From: Amoeboaphelidium protococcarum X5
Lineage: Eukaryota; Fungi; Aphelidiomycota
Reading direction: 5' to 3'
DNA length: 64,000 nt
Assembly (NCBI GenBank): GCA_023515725.1
Contig: JALDTO010000146.1
Coordinates: 1-64,000 of the forward strand
In this document: piece after piece, positions 1 through 11,202 of the stretch
Layout: each line of letters opens with the position of its first letter
Position numbering within the stretch: the stretch's first letter is position 1
The notes under the pieces: model-generated
Database searches by the model: none
Seen by the model: only the letters and a program-made list of their open reading frames with translations
Told to the model about the DNA's origin: nothing
Position numbers and translations under genes: made by a program

Positions 1-49
1 AACCCTGCCTACCCTGCCCTACCCTGCCCTGCCCTGCCCTGCCCTGCCA
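1..49. repeat. Degenerate (CCCTG/CCCTA)n pentamer repeat; G-rich on the minus strand (GGGCA/GGGTA), telomere-like or G-quadruplex-forming
   Basis: aaccctgcctaccctgccctaccctgccctgccctgccctgccctgcca at the extreme 5' end of the window. Confidence 0.75.
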
Positions 50-1402
50 GCTGGCGAGGGAACGCGTACAGTCACTTCCCTACCAGAGTGATACAGCGTC
101 CTCATGTATTTGAGTACTATTCAATAGCAATGTTTAATCAAATTAATGCTTTTAATCATTCAATATCGCGGCATTTAATTCACTCGGAGCATCAGGTAAG
201 AGTGCCATATCATCGTAGTTGGGCTCAATGTAAAACTCCTGCAACAGTCCGGTGAAAGCCATGCGAAATAATTCAATCAACACTGACAGCTGAGGGACAG
301 CCACCTGACTAATTGTAGGCAAAACTTATAGATCAAATGTAGGCCCAGGCTTTAGGAACGAGTACCACAAACGCGTCGAAGGATATGGCTTAATAATAAA
401 TCTACATCTTCCTTTCAGATTTGACAACTTCACTCTAACATTCAATGGAAAACTAAGAGTGAGAATACCATTCATGGAAAAGTAGTTTGATGCAACTTCG
501 GCATTCAATTCTGATGTAAAGTGCAAATCGCCTTCCAAAATTATATGATCTGAGCTATCAACCACCTATACGTTTTCCAGTTACGGCAGACCATCAATAT
601 CAAACTTGACAATGTTGAGACTAGCCAGAAAAGAGCCAGCTTCTGCGCGTTTAATCTTTTACTTCATCATGGCCACTGTTCTATCAATGAATCCTTACCG
701 GATAGATTCAATCTAAAATACGCGTCCAACTACTAATGAAAACCATGCAGAATCCACTTTATCTCCACTAAACCTACTCGGCTTATTGGAAGTATTGTTA
801 TGGTAATGAGAGATAATTTCATCAAGCATATCACGCCGCCTATTGATTTCAAGACAGAGGTACAAGTCCTCTTTCTGAGTGGCAGTCAATGACCAGAGAT
901 AAAGTGTCTCGACATGCCCATTCTATTAAAGTTTAATCATAATAGGATATTATTTAAAGTAGTACTCATAATCTTTCAAATCCTCTGGTATGAGATGTAC
1001 TTGACAATCTCGGAGATCATAGAATTAAGACGCCTTTCTAGTTGATAATTTACTCGAATCAAACAAAGTCAACAGGCCATCTTGTATCACACAATAATGT
1101 ACGCTATCATCATTTGACTATTATATCGTACCATCCAATAGCATTCTACTCATACTCCAATTCAATGGCTAGTCACCAGATTAGAATTAAGACGTAATCT
1201 TTAACCATCCATCAAATTTAACAAAGTGATCACATAACGGTGCCTTGTGATATGCCCTTCTATTCTTGATAACAGGCGGATCTCTAATTTTTTATAAATT
1301 TCTAAAATACTTTTCCAACTAATATAATACTAAAGCTATAGTACAAAGGCATCCACTAAAGAATCCAGCCAATACAGCAAGACTGATCAACAGAATCATC
1401 AT
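2..1402 (-). CDS. ER-anchored PH-like + SMP domain lipid-transfer protein (Nvj2/TEX2-like); no TGA before the window edge
   Basis: TAR=Gln frame from ATG 1402 (MMILLISLAVLAGFFSGCLCTIALVLY, TM anchor); SMP motifs 'VRVKLSNLKGRCRFIIKPYPSTRLWYSF' and 'EFYIEPNYDD'; the frame stays open to position 2. Confidence 0.7.
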
Positions 1403-1481
1403 AATAATATGAAAGTAACGAGTGACTGGCTGAAGAGAAAATTTCAAACGATCAGAACGCGAAGTTTCACAAAATAGAACG

Positions 1482-2358
1482 TCAATCTTTACTCTATCTT
1501 CTGATATTAGTGATTTATCTATCCCTATTTAGAGTTATGACAATATTGGCCTGCTGATATAATGGCTGTAAGTAGATGCCATAGCATATCATGAATCGAT
1601 CGACAAATTCCTTGATCTCGCTGCTCGACATTCCTTTGCCGGTTCGGTGGATGAGATCTCGTTCTTACTCAAGTCGCCATTGATAAACATTCTATAGCGT
1701 GTCAGCCCTCAGCGCAATCAACATATCCAGCATTGAAAATACAAGTTCATATCGTCTGAGCTCTTCATTGACTTATTTTGCGTTTTAAACAGTAGTCTCG
1801 TTGTAACCTAACTTGGAAAAAGTATCACCCACACAATCATCAGCTTATGCCATAAAGCCAACCATCCATCCTTCTAGAATCACCACGTCTGCTGGTAATG
1901 ATATTGTTTAAGACTGTCCACGGTCACCTTGACCACTGTGCGCCTCTTTTCGGTAAGTGGGTACTTGGACATCTCCTTCATTGATCGTCAGTATGCGATG
2001 CAGCAAATTCTCCATCAGTTCCACGTCATGCGTTCCTGGTAGGCCGCGTTACTCCCACAGCGGATTTTTAGATTCTCTTGACAACTATTGCAGTTTATCA
2101 TGCGTATTATAGAAGTCATCAATTGATAAGACCACAGTTTTAAATCCTTATTCACACAAACTTTCGCGTAACTTGGCCGTAGTAAAGCTCTACCATTATA
2201 ACACTAAAGGTGATAGTATTACATGCAATGAAATAGGAAATGCGCAAGAATACCTTTCCTATACCTTGGACCCCCTGTATGCCGACCAGGAGAGGCCGTT
2301 TGTTAGGCTTCTTCATCAATTCGATCACGGCATCGCTCAGCACTTGCAACAACTACAT
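1482..2358 (-). CDS. TDA10: Tda10-like / D-glycerate 3-kinase family P-loop kinase; intron 2190-2253
   Basis: GIQGVQGIGK|S P-loop across a GTATTC..GGTAG intron; 'LSIDDFY', 'NPLWEQRGLPGTHD'; ends in TGA. Confidence 0.85.
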
Positions 2359-2497
2359 GGCCGTGTCACGTCCTAATACAGGAGAATTTAGCAATTGTAT
2401 AGGAGAAAACAGATAACACTTCACATGAGAATTATTATAACTACAAAAGATAGAAAAAGTACCAAAATACAAAAACACAGGATAAATTTCTTACAAA

Positions 2498-3550
2498 TCA
2501 AATCTTCAACTTTATATTCTCAATCTCCTTTTGCACCTGACTACCAGCTTTTATCACATCTTTTCTGTTACCAGTGAGTAAATCATACAATTCCTTATCG
2601 CTCTGCACATGGTAGAATAAGGTACTTGATATTCTCCATAGAGAACGATTATCGCGTTGAGCCTTGGAGATTGCGTCCACAGTTTCAGGCATAACAGTCA
2701 CCTGATGATAGCCGGCCGTGACTACTCCTCCAGTCAAAAGTTCGAGTTGCTTACCAGCTTGTACCAAAAGACAACCATCAGGAACTTTGACTTTAATCTT
2801 TTTGCCCTGTTTATTCCAAATTTCTAAGCCAGGAAATCTGCTCTTTCCATGGATAGTTAAGAAGTTTAAATCATAGTGAAAGCCGGCCAATACATCACCC
2901 AGAGTATTGTATTTCTGCAAATCACTGCCAGTAGGAGCCAGTAAATGTGGGCCTTGTTCGGTCAAAGAGGTGAATGCATCTCGCTTCAATCCAAATCCAA
3001 GTGCCGCCATTTCTGAAACGTCATGAACGGCATTAAGCATCAACTGGCCCCATTAGTTCAGAGTAGAGGACCACTGAGGGAACGGCTAAGGAATAACAGA
3101 CTCGGCATTCAGCTCAGGGAATTCAGTATCAACAGGACGTTCTCCAATACGCCAAAAGAATCTCCACTTGGCATCAGGACCTGTGGCGGGTACTGGTTTA
3201 TCCTCATCAAGCAACTGTTAGACATACTATAAACACTTTTCATCAGCGCCACATTTAGGAACCTCAACACCTTCTGGTGTGATTCCTACCTGGTAATGCA
3301 GATGAGGACGAGCATCTTTAATCTTTTCATCATACGGCTACTCAAAATACTACTCCATTAAGGTGAGAAACTAATTATTATGATCTTCCGTGACTCTAGG
3401 ATCCTTGACAATGAGAGCACCAAATTCTGATAGCGCCAATGAGACTTGCTGACACAGATCCTTCAGGACTTTATTATCAGAGACACCGCCATCTCTCAAG
3501 GCTAAGTACTCTCCGAGATCAACTATTGGCACCTGGATGTCTTGAGTCAT
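2498..3550 (-). CDS. 2-oxoglutarate/Fe(II)-dependent dioxygenase (IPNS-like family)
   Basis: 'AGFHYDLNFLTIHGKSRFPGL', 'AGYHQV', 'WRISSTLF' (HxD...H, RxS); TAR=Gln joins ORFs 3371-3589 and 2498-3043. Confidence 0.85.
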
Positions 3551-4247
3551 TTTATATTTGCCGTACAAAATAGCTTGTGGGAAACTCAATTAGTATTGAT
3601 AGAACTCCAGTGAAAATGGCGTAACATCAAAAGAACTAAGCCACTCTGAAACAAAAGAAGAACGCGCGATCAAAACGCGTCACTTTTTTTTCATTGGAAG
3701 TTTCAAGTGAGACTACATGATTGTTTCATCAATGTTAAGAGTTATTATTACAATAACGTGCATTGACAATACAAAATTGACAAATAAAAAGATGACAAGT
3801 TTTGCTTTTGTGAACATCCTATGAAGACAGCATCATCAGATAAAGACACTTCAACAGAGGCAAATGATTACAGATATCAACTAATATACAGTAATGATTT
3901 GAACAAAAGCAACGTAATTAAACATGCAGATGCCAACAAACCCAAAAGGTTCAAGGTTGGGCCATTCTAGTCAGTCGCACAACATGGACAATGATGAGTG
4001 GCTTCCACATAAGAGCAGTAATCTCAAGTCGAATATTCACACGCGCACACAAAATTCAGGGGCACGCGATATAAAGTGCGCCAACCTTAGCGCGCGATCA
4101 AAAACTCTTTTTTTTTCTGTTTTCTAATCGCTGCAAATTTTTACATTTTCTGCAACCAACCGTCACCGATACCTAAATAGCGGCGATTGCTAGATCGTCA
4201 TCATACCAATTTGGAAGTAGCAGACTAACCTATACCTAATCCGAGTG

Positions 4248-4318
4248 GTAAGTCGCTCCCTTTGTTTCAGATCATCAATATCACAGTGTCACTATTAATA
4301 TCAATTATCACTATGTAG
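4248..4318 (+). other. Probable 5'-UTR spliceosomal intron of the Myb gene
   Basis: GTAAGT donor and ATGTAG acceptor, 71 nt, matching the consensus of the coding introns in this window. Confidence 0.55.
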
Positions 4319-4344
4319 TCATTATCTATATCCTTTATAATAAT

Positions 4345-5691
4345 ATGACGTTTGATTAACAAGAATTACAGTAATAGTAATAGGATCCTCATCCAGATGG
4401 TGTGGCGAATGCTGATGATCCTCCTGCCGTGTCTGAACCTCAAGAGTAGTAAGAGTAGTAATAAGACTAATTGGAGTAATAGGAGTAGCATTAAGAGATG
4501 ACTATGGAATAGGTGTAATAGTAGAAGTAATAGTAGTAGGAAGATGAACAACAGTAGTAGCAGTAGCAATAATTACAAGCTCAGTAGTAATAGTAGTAAG
4601 ACGAATTTCAACAATAGCAGTAACAGCTTCTATTCTCTGGTGTTGATCAGTTTGACTTCTCCAGTGTGGAAGCATCTCTTGCCAATTTGACTCCAGAGCA
4701 GTAGCTAGTCTTACAGTAGATTCAGACGCTGTAAACTATGGGCATGATGGCGTCTCAATTCCCGCGTCCCACTGTGAAGAGACGTAAGCCTGTCAAATGG
4801 GAGTCGTGGGAGGAGAAGAATTTGATTGATGGTGTCCGCCGTTTTGGTCGTGGTAATTGGGCTCAGATTCGGGCTGCATTTGACTTTTAGGCGTGTAGAA
4901 CTAATGTTGACCTGCATGACAAGTGGCGCGTGCTCACTGGTGAAAGAAAGCGGTCTAAACCATCACGATAAGATGTCACTGGTATTCTGGCTGCTGAGAA
5001 TGCTGCAAAACTGCTGAATGAAGCGATTAATAATCATAATCAGCAACAGCAACAGTAACAATAATAACAATAGCAATAAGAACAAAGTAGCAATATACAG
5101 AGCGACTCTGCCACGTCATCTGAAAATTCACCCGTCTCTGTTACTCAAGATGTTCAGTAGAATCAAGGTCAAGATTAAGAGAGTTCTGGCAATGATCAGA
5201 GTGGGAACAATGAAGTTGCAGCAACCACGAGTGATAATCAATCTCCTCCTGTCCACGACGACAACTAGCATCTATTCGCTTTTGCCAATTTGCTCGGCTA
5301 TTAGATGCCAGAAGGCTAGTAGTTCACCCCTGAGATGTTGATGTAGGCAATGTCTGAGCAATTGGGAAACATTGCTGGTGATAATGCTGAGCAGCAACTT
5401 GCCTAGGTTGTCGCGGCAGCTCATATGGCCATGCAAGAGGCATCATCTATCGTGAATAGTTAATCCGCAATGGAAGCGGCTCGACCACCACCAAAGAAAC
5501 GCGTAAAAAAGCAGCAGAGACCGAATGAAGACGATATCGCGCGCGAACTCATCAAGCTCTCTGGCAAGCACTCCGTCTAATCTCCTCAACTGCCAGTCGC
5601 TCACCTACCTCCTCTACTAGAAACTTCTATGTCACTTCCATAATAAGAATAATAATTGTCATCATCATCAGCAGCAGTGACGTAGAACTGA
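4345..5691 (+). CDS. Gln-rich protein with a telobox (TRF/Tbf1-type) Myb domain
   Basis: 'KWESWEEKNLIDGVRRFGRGNWAQIRAAFDFQACRTNVDLHDKWRVL'; polyQ tracts written largely in TAA/TAG; ends in TGA 5689-5691. Confidence 0.8.
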
Positions 5692-5877
5692 ATGTGAGAT
5701 CTACTGACTGAATTCTAAATCGTAATAGCAATGAATATATAAAGTTTGCTTCTTTTTAAAGTTCTTGGTAAAGCTCGCGCTTTTTTCCTCTCTCGTTGAA
5801 ACTCTTCCTTTATAGAACAGCTAATACTGTACATTTTATAGTGCCAAAGAATATAAATATATTTATCAATATAAATC

Positions 5878-7209
5878 ATGCTTAAGCTTAAGGCTTTGGG
5901 AAGTAGTGCAGTGAATGTGGGATAGAAGCGCTTTTTGAATGTCCAAGAACACACTTCAAAGTCCCTGCTGGACAAGTTTGGCTGCCAGAACCAACGCTTT
6001 AGAATTGTCAAGACTGCAGAGGAGGCACGCGAGGCATTCAACGCCATCACTCGAGAGTGTAAGACTAACCAAGTGGTGGTGAAGGCCCAGATTCTGGCTG
6101 GTGGTAGAGGTAAAGGTAGATTCGTGGGTGCTGAGAAGGACGGACAGGTTGGTAGTAAGAAGGCATCGGATGTTGGTGGTGTCATGCTCACCAAGTCTGC
6201 GGATGAATGTGCCCAGCTGGTCAAGTACATGGTGGGAAGAAGTTTAAGGACTAAGTAGACTGGCGCAGAGGGTGTTCCTGTGCGTAGAGTCATGATCGCT
6301 GAGGCTATGAACATTGTGAAGGAGACGTACTTTGCCATCCTGATGGATCGCTCCTCTCCGACCGGTATTGTGCTTATGGGTAGTCCTAAGGGTGGTATGG
6401 ACATCGAGAAGGTTGCCGAGGAGACTCCGGAGCTGATCTTCAAGGTGAATGTGAACAGCCTGAATGAAGGACCTACTGAGGAACAATGTCTTGGATTGGC
6501 GAAGAACTTGTAATTCAAGGGTGAGTAAGCGCAATAGGCTGCCAGCGAGATGCGAAAGTTGTATGAGATGTTTGTCAAGCTGGATGCCACTCAGATTGAA
6601 ATTAATCCGCTGGGTCAGACTGATAAGGGACAAGTGATGGCTTTCGATGCCAAATTGAATTTCGATGATAATGCCGAGTTTAGACACTTGGCTCTGCATA
6701 AGGAGGCTCGTGATGAGTCTATTGATGAAGAAGATCCGCGTGAACGTCTTGCCAGGGAAGCTAATCTGAATTACATTTCTCTGAAGGGTGGTAACATTGG
6801 CTGTCTGGTGAATGGTGCCGGTCTGGCTATGGCAACCATGGACATTATCAATCTGTATGGTAAGAGCAAGAATATTGGACCGGCCAACTTTCTGGATGTT
6901 GGTGGAAGTGCAACTACTGAGCAGGTGAGATCCGCATTTAAATTGATCATGAGCGATGAGAATGTCAAAGCTATCCTGGTCAATATTTTCGGTGGTATCA
7001 TGAAGTGTGATGTTATCGCGTCTGGTATTGTGGAGGCCATGAAGGATCTGAAGAAGAGCAACATGAGAACCATTCCCCTAGTTGTGCGTCTGAGTGGCAC
7101 CAACGTTTAGGAAGGTAAGCGTATTCTGTCTGAGAGCAAGTTGGATATCACCTCTGCTGATGATCTAGATCAGGCTGCCCAGAAAGCTGTCAAGGCTGTA
7201 CATGCTTGA
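5878..7209 (+). CDS. LSC2: Succinyl-CoA ligase beta subunit, mitochondrial
   Basis: '[14 protein letters not shown]', '[17 protein letters not shown]', 'NFLDVGG', '[10 protein letters not shown]'; conserved TKQTG Gln is TAG 6256-6258. Confidence 0.95.
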
Positions 7210-7324
7210 TTACAGTTCTCTAAGAGCCAGCGGTGGTGAATACTTCTGATATCTATAATGGAATAAATTCTTTACACTTCAAAAGCTTTTATATTTTTCA
7301 GTATAATTGTATAAAACACGAAAG

Positions 7325-8119
7325 TCAATCATTTTTCAAGTGTCGATCTAATCCAAAAGTGTATCCAACACGAGCTAAACATCCCCACAGTTGTACTACT
7401 CCAACTATAATCAGATTGACAATTATCAAAATGAACGCATTATTCATCAAGTTGAGAACCTATATTGCTTGCGTGACTAGTAGAGTTACAGATTCGCCGA
7501 CTTGATTAGAGGTCTGATATGATAATTGCATCGAAATTTATCTCAGATCATTCTAGTTTTAATAATAAATGAAGAGCACCAGACAGCCGAGGATCACTCG
7601 CAATACTATACTTAGAAAGAATATGGATTGCATAAATAGACTCGGGCGTTACCAACTAAAGGATAGCAATTAAGACTACGATTGATATTTCTATTACTTG
7701 TCATTGCTTGAATGTAGTTCCACCACACCCTTATCTTATTAGTCAACAGATTCTTTATTGCCTTTCTGTTTCAAGTTGGCGAGTTTCCGCTTCTGATCAG
7801 CTGCGATCTTTTACTATTTCCGGTGCATCTACCACTTGAAATACAGCCAGCGACCTATCAATAGCCAGCAGTACCTCAGCCATAATAGAAATGTAAAGAC
7901 AAACCAGATGGCGAGAAGTAGCGGCGACACTGACTGCATCATGTACGCATCACTGTTCATCAGGCCTGACTGCTTCGGTACCGGGTCAACACCATCAGTG
8001 GAGTATAGCATGAACTATTAAAATACTTTACTATCTGTAATCAGCCGCTAATCATTAATAATCGCACACAGAATACACCATTCCACAGTCAACACCACCA
8101 ATAACCAGATATGAAGCAT
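7325..8119 (-). CDS. Hypothetical multi-pass membrane protein (264 aa)
   Basis: Open TAR=Gln frame from ATG to TGA; hydrophobic N-terminus and three further hydrophobic segments; no family recognised. Confidence 0.6.
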
Positions 8120-8305
8120 CACTATTCTCCGTATTATGGAATTCAAAAAACGTGGAGAAATTGTGTTGCGAGAAAGGATCAGCGTGCAATTACTTTCCAC
8201 TACAGCGGGTCAATCGAGTACGACACGAAGAGAGAAAAACTGGAAAAAAGTTTAATAGAATCAAGTAGTATTCTATTTCAACAATATAGAAAGTAGAATA
8301 AATAG

Positions 8306-9712
8306 ATGCCAAAACACGTTAAGGATCCGCTGAAATAGCCACTTAGTGCTGGCGAATTGAAAGATCCTGCTGTGCGAAAGTATATGCGCTCTGCAGGGCG
8401 CGTTGATAAGAAGGCGATTAAAGATGTTAAATTGAAAGCCATGGTTCAGAAATAAGAGCGTATCAGCAAAGCTGCAGCTGTTAATTTGAAATAGGCAGAG
8501 ATTCTGTAAACTTCTACTGGCGGTTTTCTGGAGGTGTCTAATCCGGAGAGTGGTCTCGATCACACGTTCAAATACAAGTAGAAGGATATTAAATAGAATG
8601 TGGATTATCGCGCGTAGTAGCTGGCTTGGGATCTTGATCTGCACAGTGTCGGATGGGGAGCATACGATGGCGGTCTCAGTCTGAGTGGCAATGGTAGGCA
8701 CGTACTGTTTGCCTCTAGGAAGGGACATATCTCGACCTTTGATTAGATTTCTAAGGATCTACACACTGAATTCTATGTCAAGAGCAGTAATAGTGCCACC
8801 GCTACAATGATAAGTGGAAATACTGAACTTGTACGCGATGCTTGCTGGCTTCATAATGAGATGTATTTCGCTTTGGCATAGCGCGATCACGTGTATATTT
8901 ATGATCATACTGGGATGGAGCTGCACTGTCTCAGAAATCAGGTAGAGGTTGTGAATATGGATTTTCTTCGCTATCACTTTCTACTTGTTACCGCGGGCAA
9001 TAATGGCGTGCTGCGATATCATGACACATCTATAGGCCATCCGGTGACTGAAATCAAGACTAAGCAAGGGAGGAGTACGTGCATGGCACACAATCCGTAG
9101 AATGCGATCACTCATCTTGGTCATTCGAATGGTACCGTGACATTATGGTCGCCTAACATGGGATAATAGCTTGTCAAAATGCTCGTCCATCGAGGCCCTG
9201 TCAATGATATCGCGATTGATCCTAGTGGCCAGTACATGGCAACTTGTGGTATGGATGGACAGTTGAAGGTGCATGATTTACGAATGTTTCGTCAACTAAA
9301 TCAACTATATACACCATCACCGGGTAAGAGTTTGGATATATCTTAGAAGGGAATGTTGGCAGTATCGCATGGTCCTCGTGTGAGTATATTCAACTCTATC
9401 AATCAACTGGCTCATAGTGGCAATCCAGAGAGTGGAAGGCCTCTGCACAAGCAAATGCCATATCTCACTCATTTGCATGAAGGCACGTAGATATCCAAAG
9501 TGAAATTTACGCCATTTCAAGATAGCTTGGTGTATGCGCACACTAAAGGCATTTCATCAATCTTAGTACCTGGCTCGTGTAATCCCAACTTTGACGCACT
9601 TGAGAATAATCCTTATCAGACTACGCGTCAGAGGCAAGAAGCTGAAGTTAAAATGCTACTTGAAAAGATTCCTTCAGACATGATAACGTTAGACTTGAGT
9701 CATTTGGAATGA
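8306..9712 (+). CDS. UTP7: U3 snoRNP WD40 protein Utp7/WDR46, N-terminal part (WD40 + BING4CT)
   Basis: '[13 protein letters not shown]', '[10 protein letters not shown]', '[19 protein letters not shown]', '[46 protein letters not shown]'; TGA at 9710-9712. Confidence 0.9.
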
Positions 9713-9799
9713 AATATAGATCAGTGAAAGGATTATACTTATCATGCTCTTTAACATTTTCTCCTTTGTTTTGGATATCCCTTTTGATTTTCGCTGAAA

Positions 9800-9805
9800 A
9801 CGCGT
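9800..9805. promoter_or_regulatory. ACGCGT (MCB-like) element upstream of the Utp7 C-terminal ORF
   Basis: Same hexamer recurs in intergenic DNA (e.g. 3675, 32372, 43305, 50651, 50861, 54732, 58059, 59193). Confidence 0.4.
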
Positions 9806-9873
9806 AAAATCTCATAAACTGCATCTTCTGTCCCAAAGCACCACTATTACAAACAAAAGTAGATAGTAGAGAA

Positions 9874-10179
9874 ATGTTTTACAGTGGGAGTATTGGATTT
9901 GTTAGTAAAGATCATACTGAGGCCATTCGGGAGAAGAACTAGATTGAACGTGGAGCCAATGGATTAAAAGAGCGAAAGGCCAAGAATCGAGCTAAAGGTA
10001 GAAATTCTGCTATAAAGCGTTATCTGAGACGGAAATAGAATGTCGTTGAAGAGAAGAAGGAATAGATAATGAAGTAGTTGAGTTAATCTCGGTAGTAAAA
10101 GTTTAGTGGTGGAGTTATCGCGTCTAAAGAGCATGTAAGATAGAGTCCACTTGATCGATTTAAAAGAAAGACATAATGA
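9874..10179 (+). CDS. Utp7/WDR46 C-terminal tail as a separate ORF (or a terminal exon)
   Basis: ATG TTT TAC AGT GGG AGT ATT GGA...; 'KNRAKGRNSAIKRYLRRKQNVVEEK...SPLDRF' resembles the Utp7 C-terminus. Confidence 0.7.
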
Positions 10180-10257
10180 AGCATATATTGCTTAAAATTA
10201 TATTATTAATATTCTCCGTCATTTATTTATTTTTATTACTACCCCTCGCAGGATACT

Positions 10258-11046
10258 TCAGAATCTAAAGCCCATTTCGTGTCTCATTTGCGCAGAGCGT
10301 TGATTGAACTCTTCAATCAATCTATCAGACTGTTGAGAGAGTTTTTTACGTTAACCTTTAATTTGATTCAAACGATACAATTCATATGGGCGAGTGTACG
10401 TAGTTCTCATGCGGCCAAAGATCTTGTAATAAATCTTCTCCACTATGGTTATTAAAGTGTTGATCACCCATCTCAGGAGGACCAGTGGCACGACGATAAT
10501 GTCAACAATGACACCAAACACAAAAGCGATCGAGTTGCCAATAAAGGATAAAAGACCACGCTTTCTCAGTGGTGCAGGACTATGACTGACTTGGGTATTC
10601 GCCACAGCTTCCTCGGCAATTTCTTCAGCCTCAGCAATCGCACTGCATTACTCGCTAACCTTGCGCCAAGTAAATTTGCGCATGAATTTAGTAGATTATT
10701 AGGAAGGACAAATCTCACTCTCGGCAGATTTTAGGGCAGCTTTAAACTGGCGCATTACTTAAACAGCATTGATGTCGCGGATATCACCTTGCTCAAGATA
10801 CTGCATCATGGTGGATTTCAATTCATCTGCAGATACCAGCCCATCACTGTTGGCATCTGCCATTTCAACGAATATACTGCTTCCCAATTCAGATGACGGC
10901 ACGTACCCGCCTTTAGCCACGGTAGCGAAATACTTGTCGATAAATTCGGATACGCGATCCTAACCAAGCACTTGGAGCACAGAGTCGCAACTGACAGCTA
11001 CAAACAAAAAGCTAACGGAAATAATGAATTATGGTGCACAAAGCAT
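10258..11046 (-). CDS. Secreted/membrane protein with an EF-hand and a dibasic LRKR site before a hydrophobic/amphipathic segment (262 aa)
   Basis: Signal-like MLCAPQFIISVSFLFVAVSC; EF loop DANSDGLVSADE; LRKR|GLLSFIGNSIAFVFGVIVDIIVVPLVLLRW. Confidence 0.7.
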
Positions 11047-11202
11047 TATTATTATTATTATTTTAAAATCTGTTTATCGCACTGTATTAAAATGCATTGT
11101 TCGCTGTTACTATCGTTATTCTCGTTTTTTAATTTGCCCCTGAAATGAGGGCTTGAATCAACGAGCGCTAAAACATCAGGTAAAATAAAGATAAACTTGT
11201 TC

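Noticed and set aside
4366-4569. Poly-Leu 'membrane' ORFs (also 22045-22461 and 23350-23580)
   Set aside because: Reverse complements of TAA/TAG/CAR polyQ tracts in real genes on the other strand.
5715-6590. 291-aa minus-strand ORF, the longest in the supplied track
   Set aside because: Antisense shadow of the succinyl-CoA ligase beta gene, with no protein motifs.
9775-9882. U12-type AT-AC intron in UTP7 (ATATCCCTTT...TTAC)
   Set aside because: The candidate donor lies downstream of the in-frame TGA at 9710, so it cannot restore the frame by itself.
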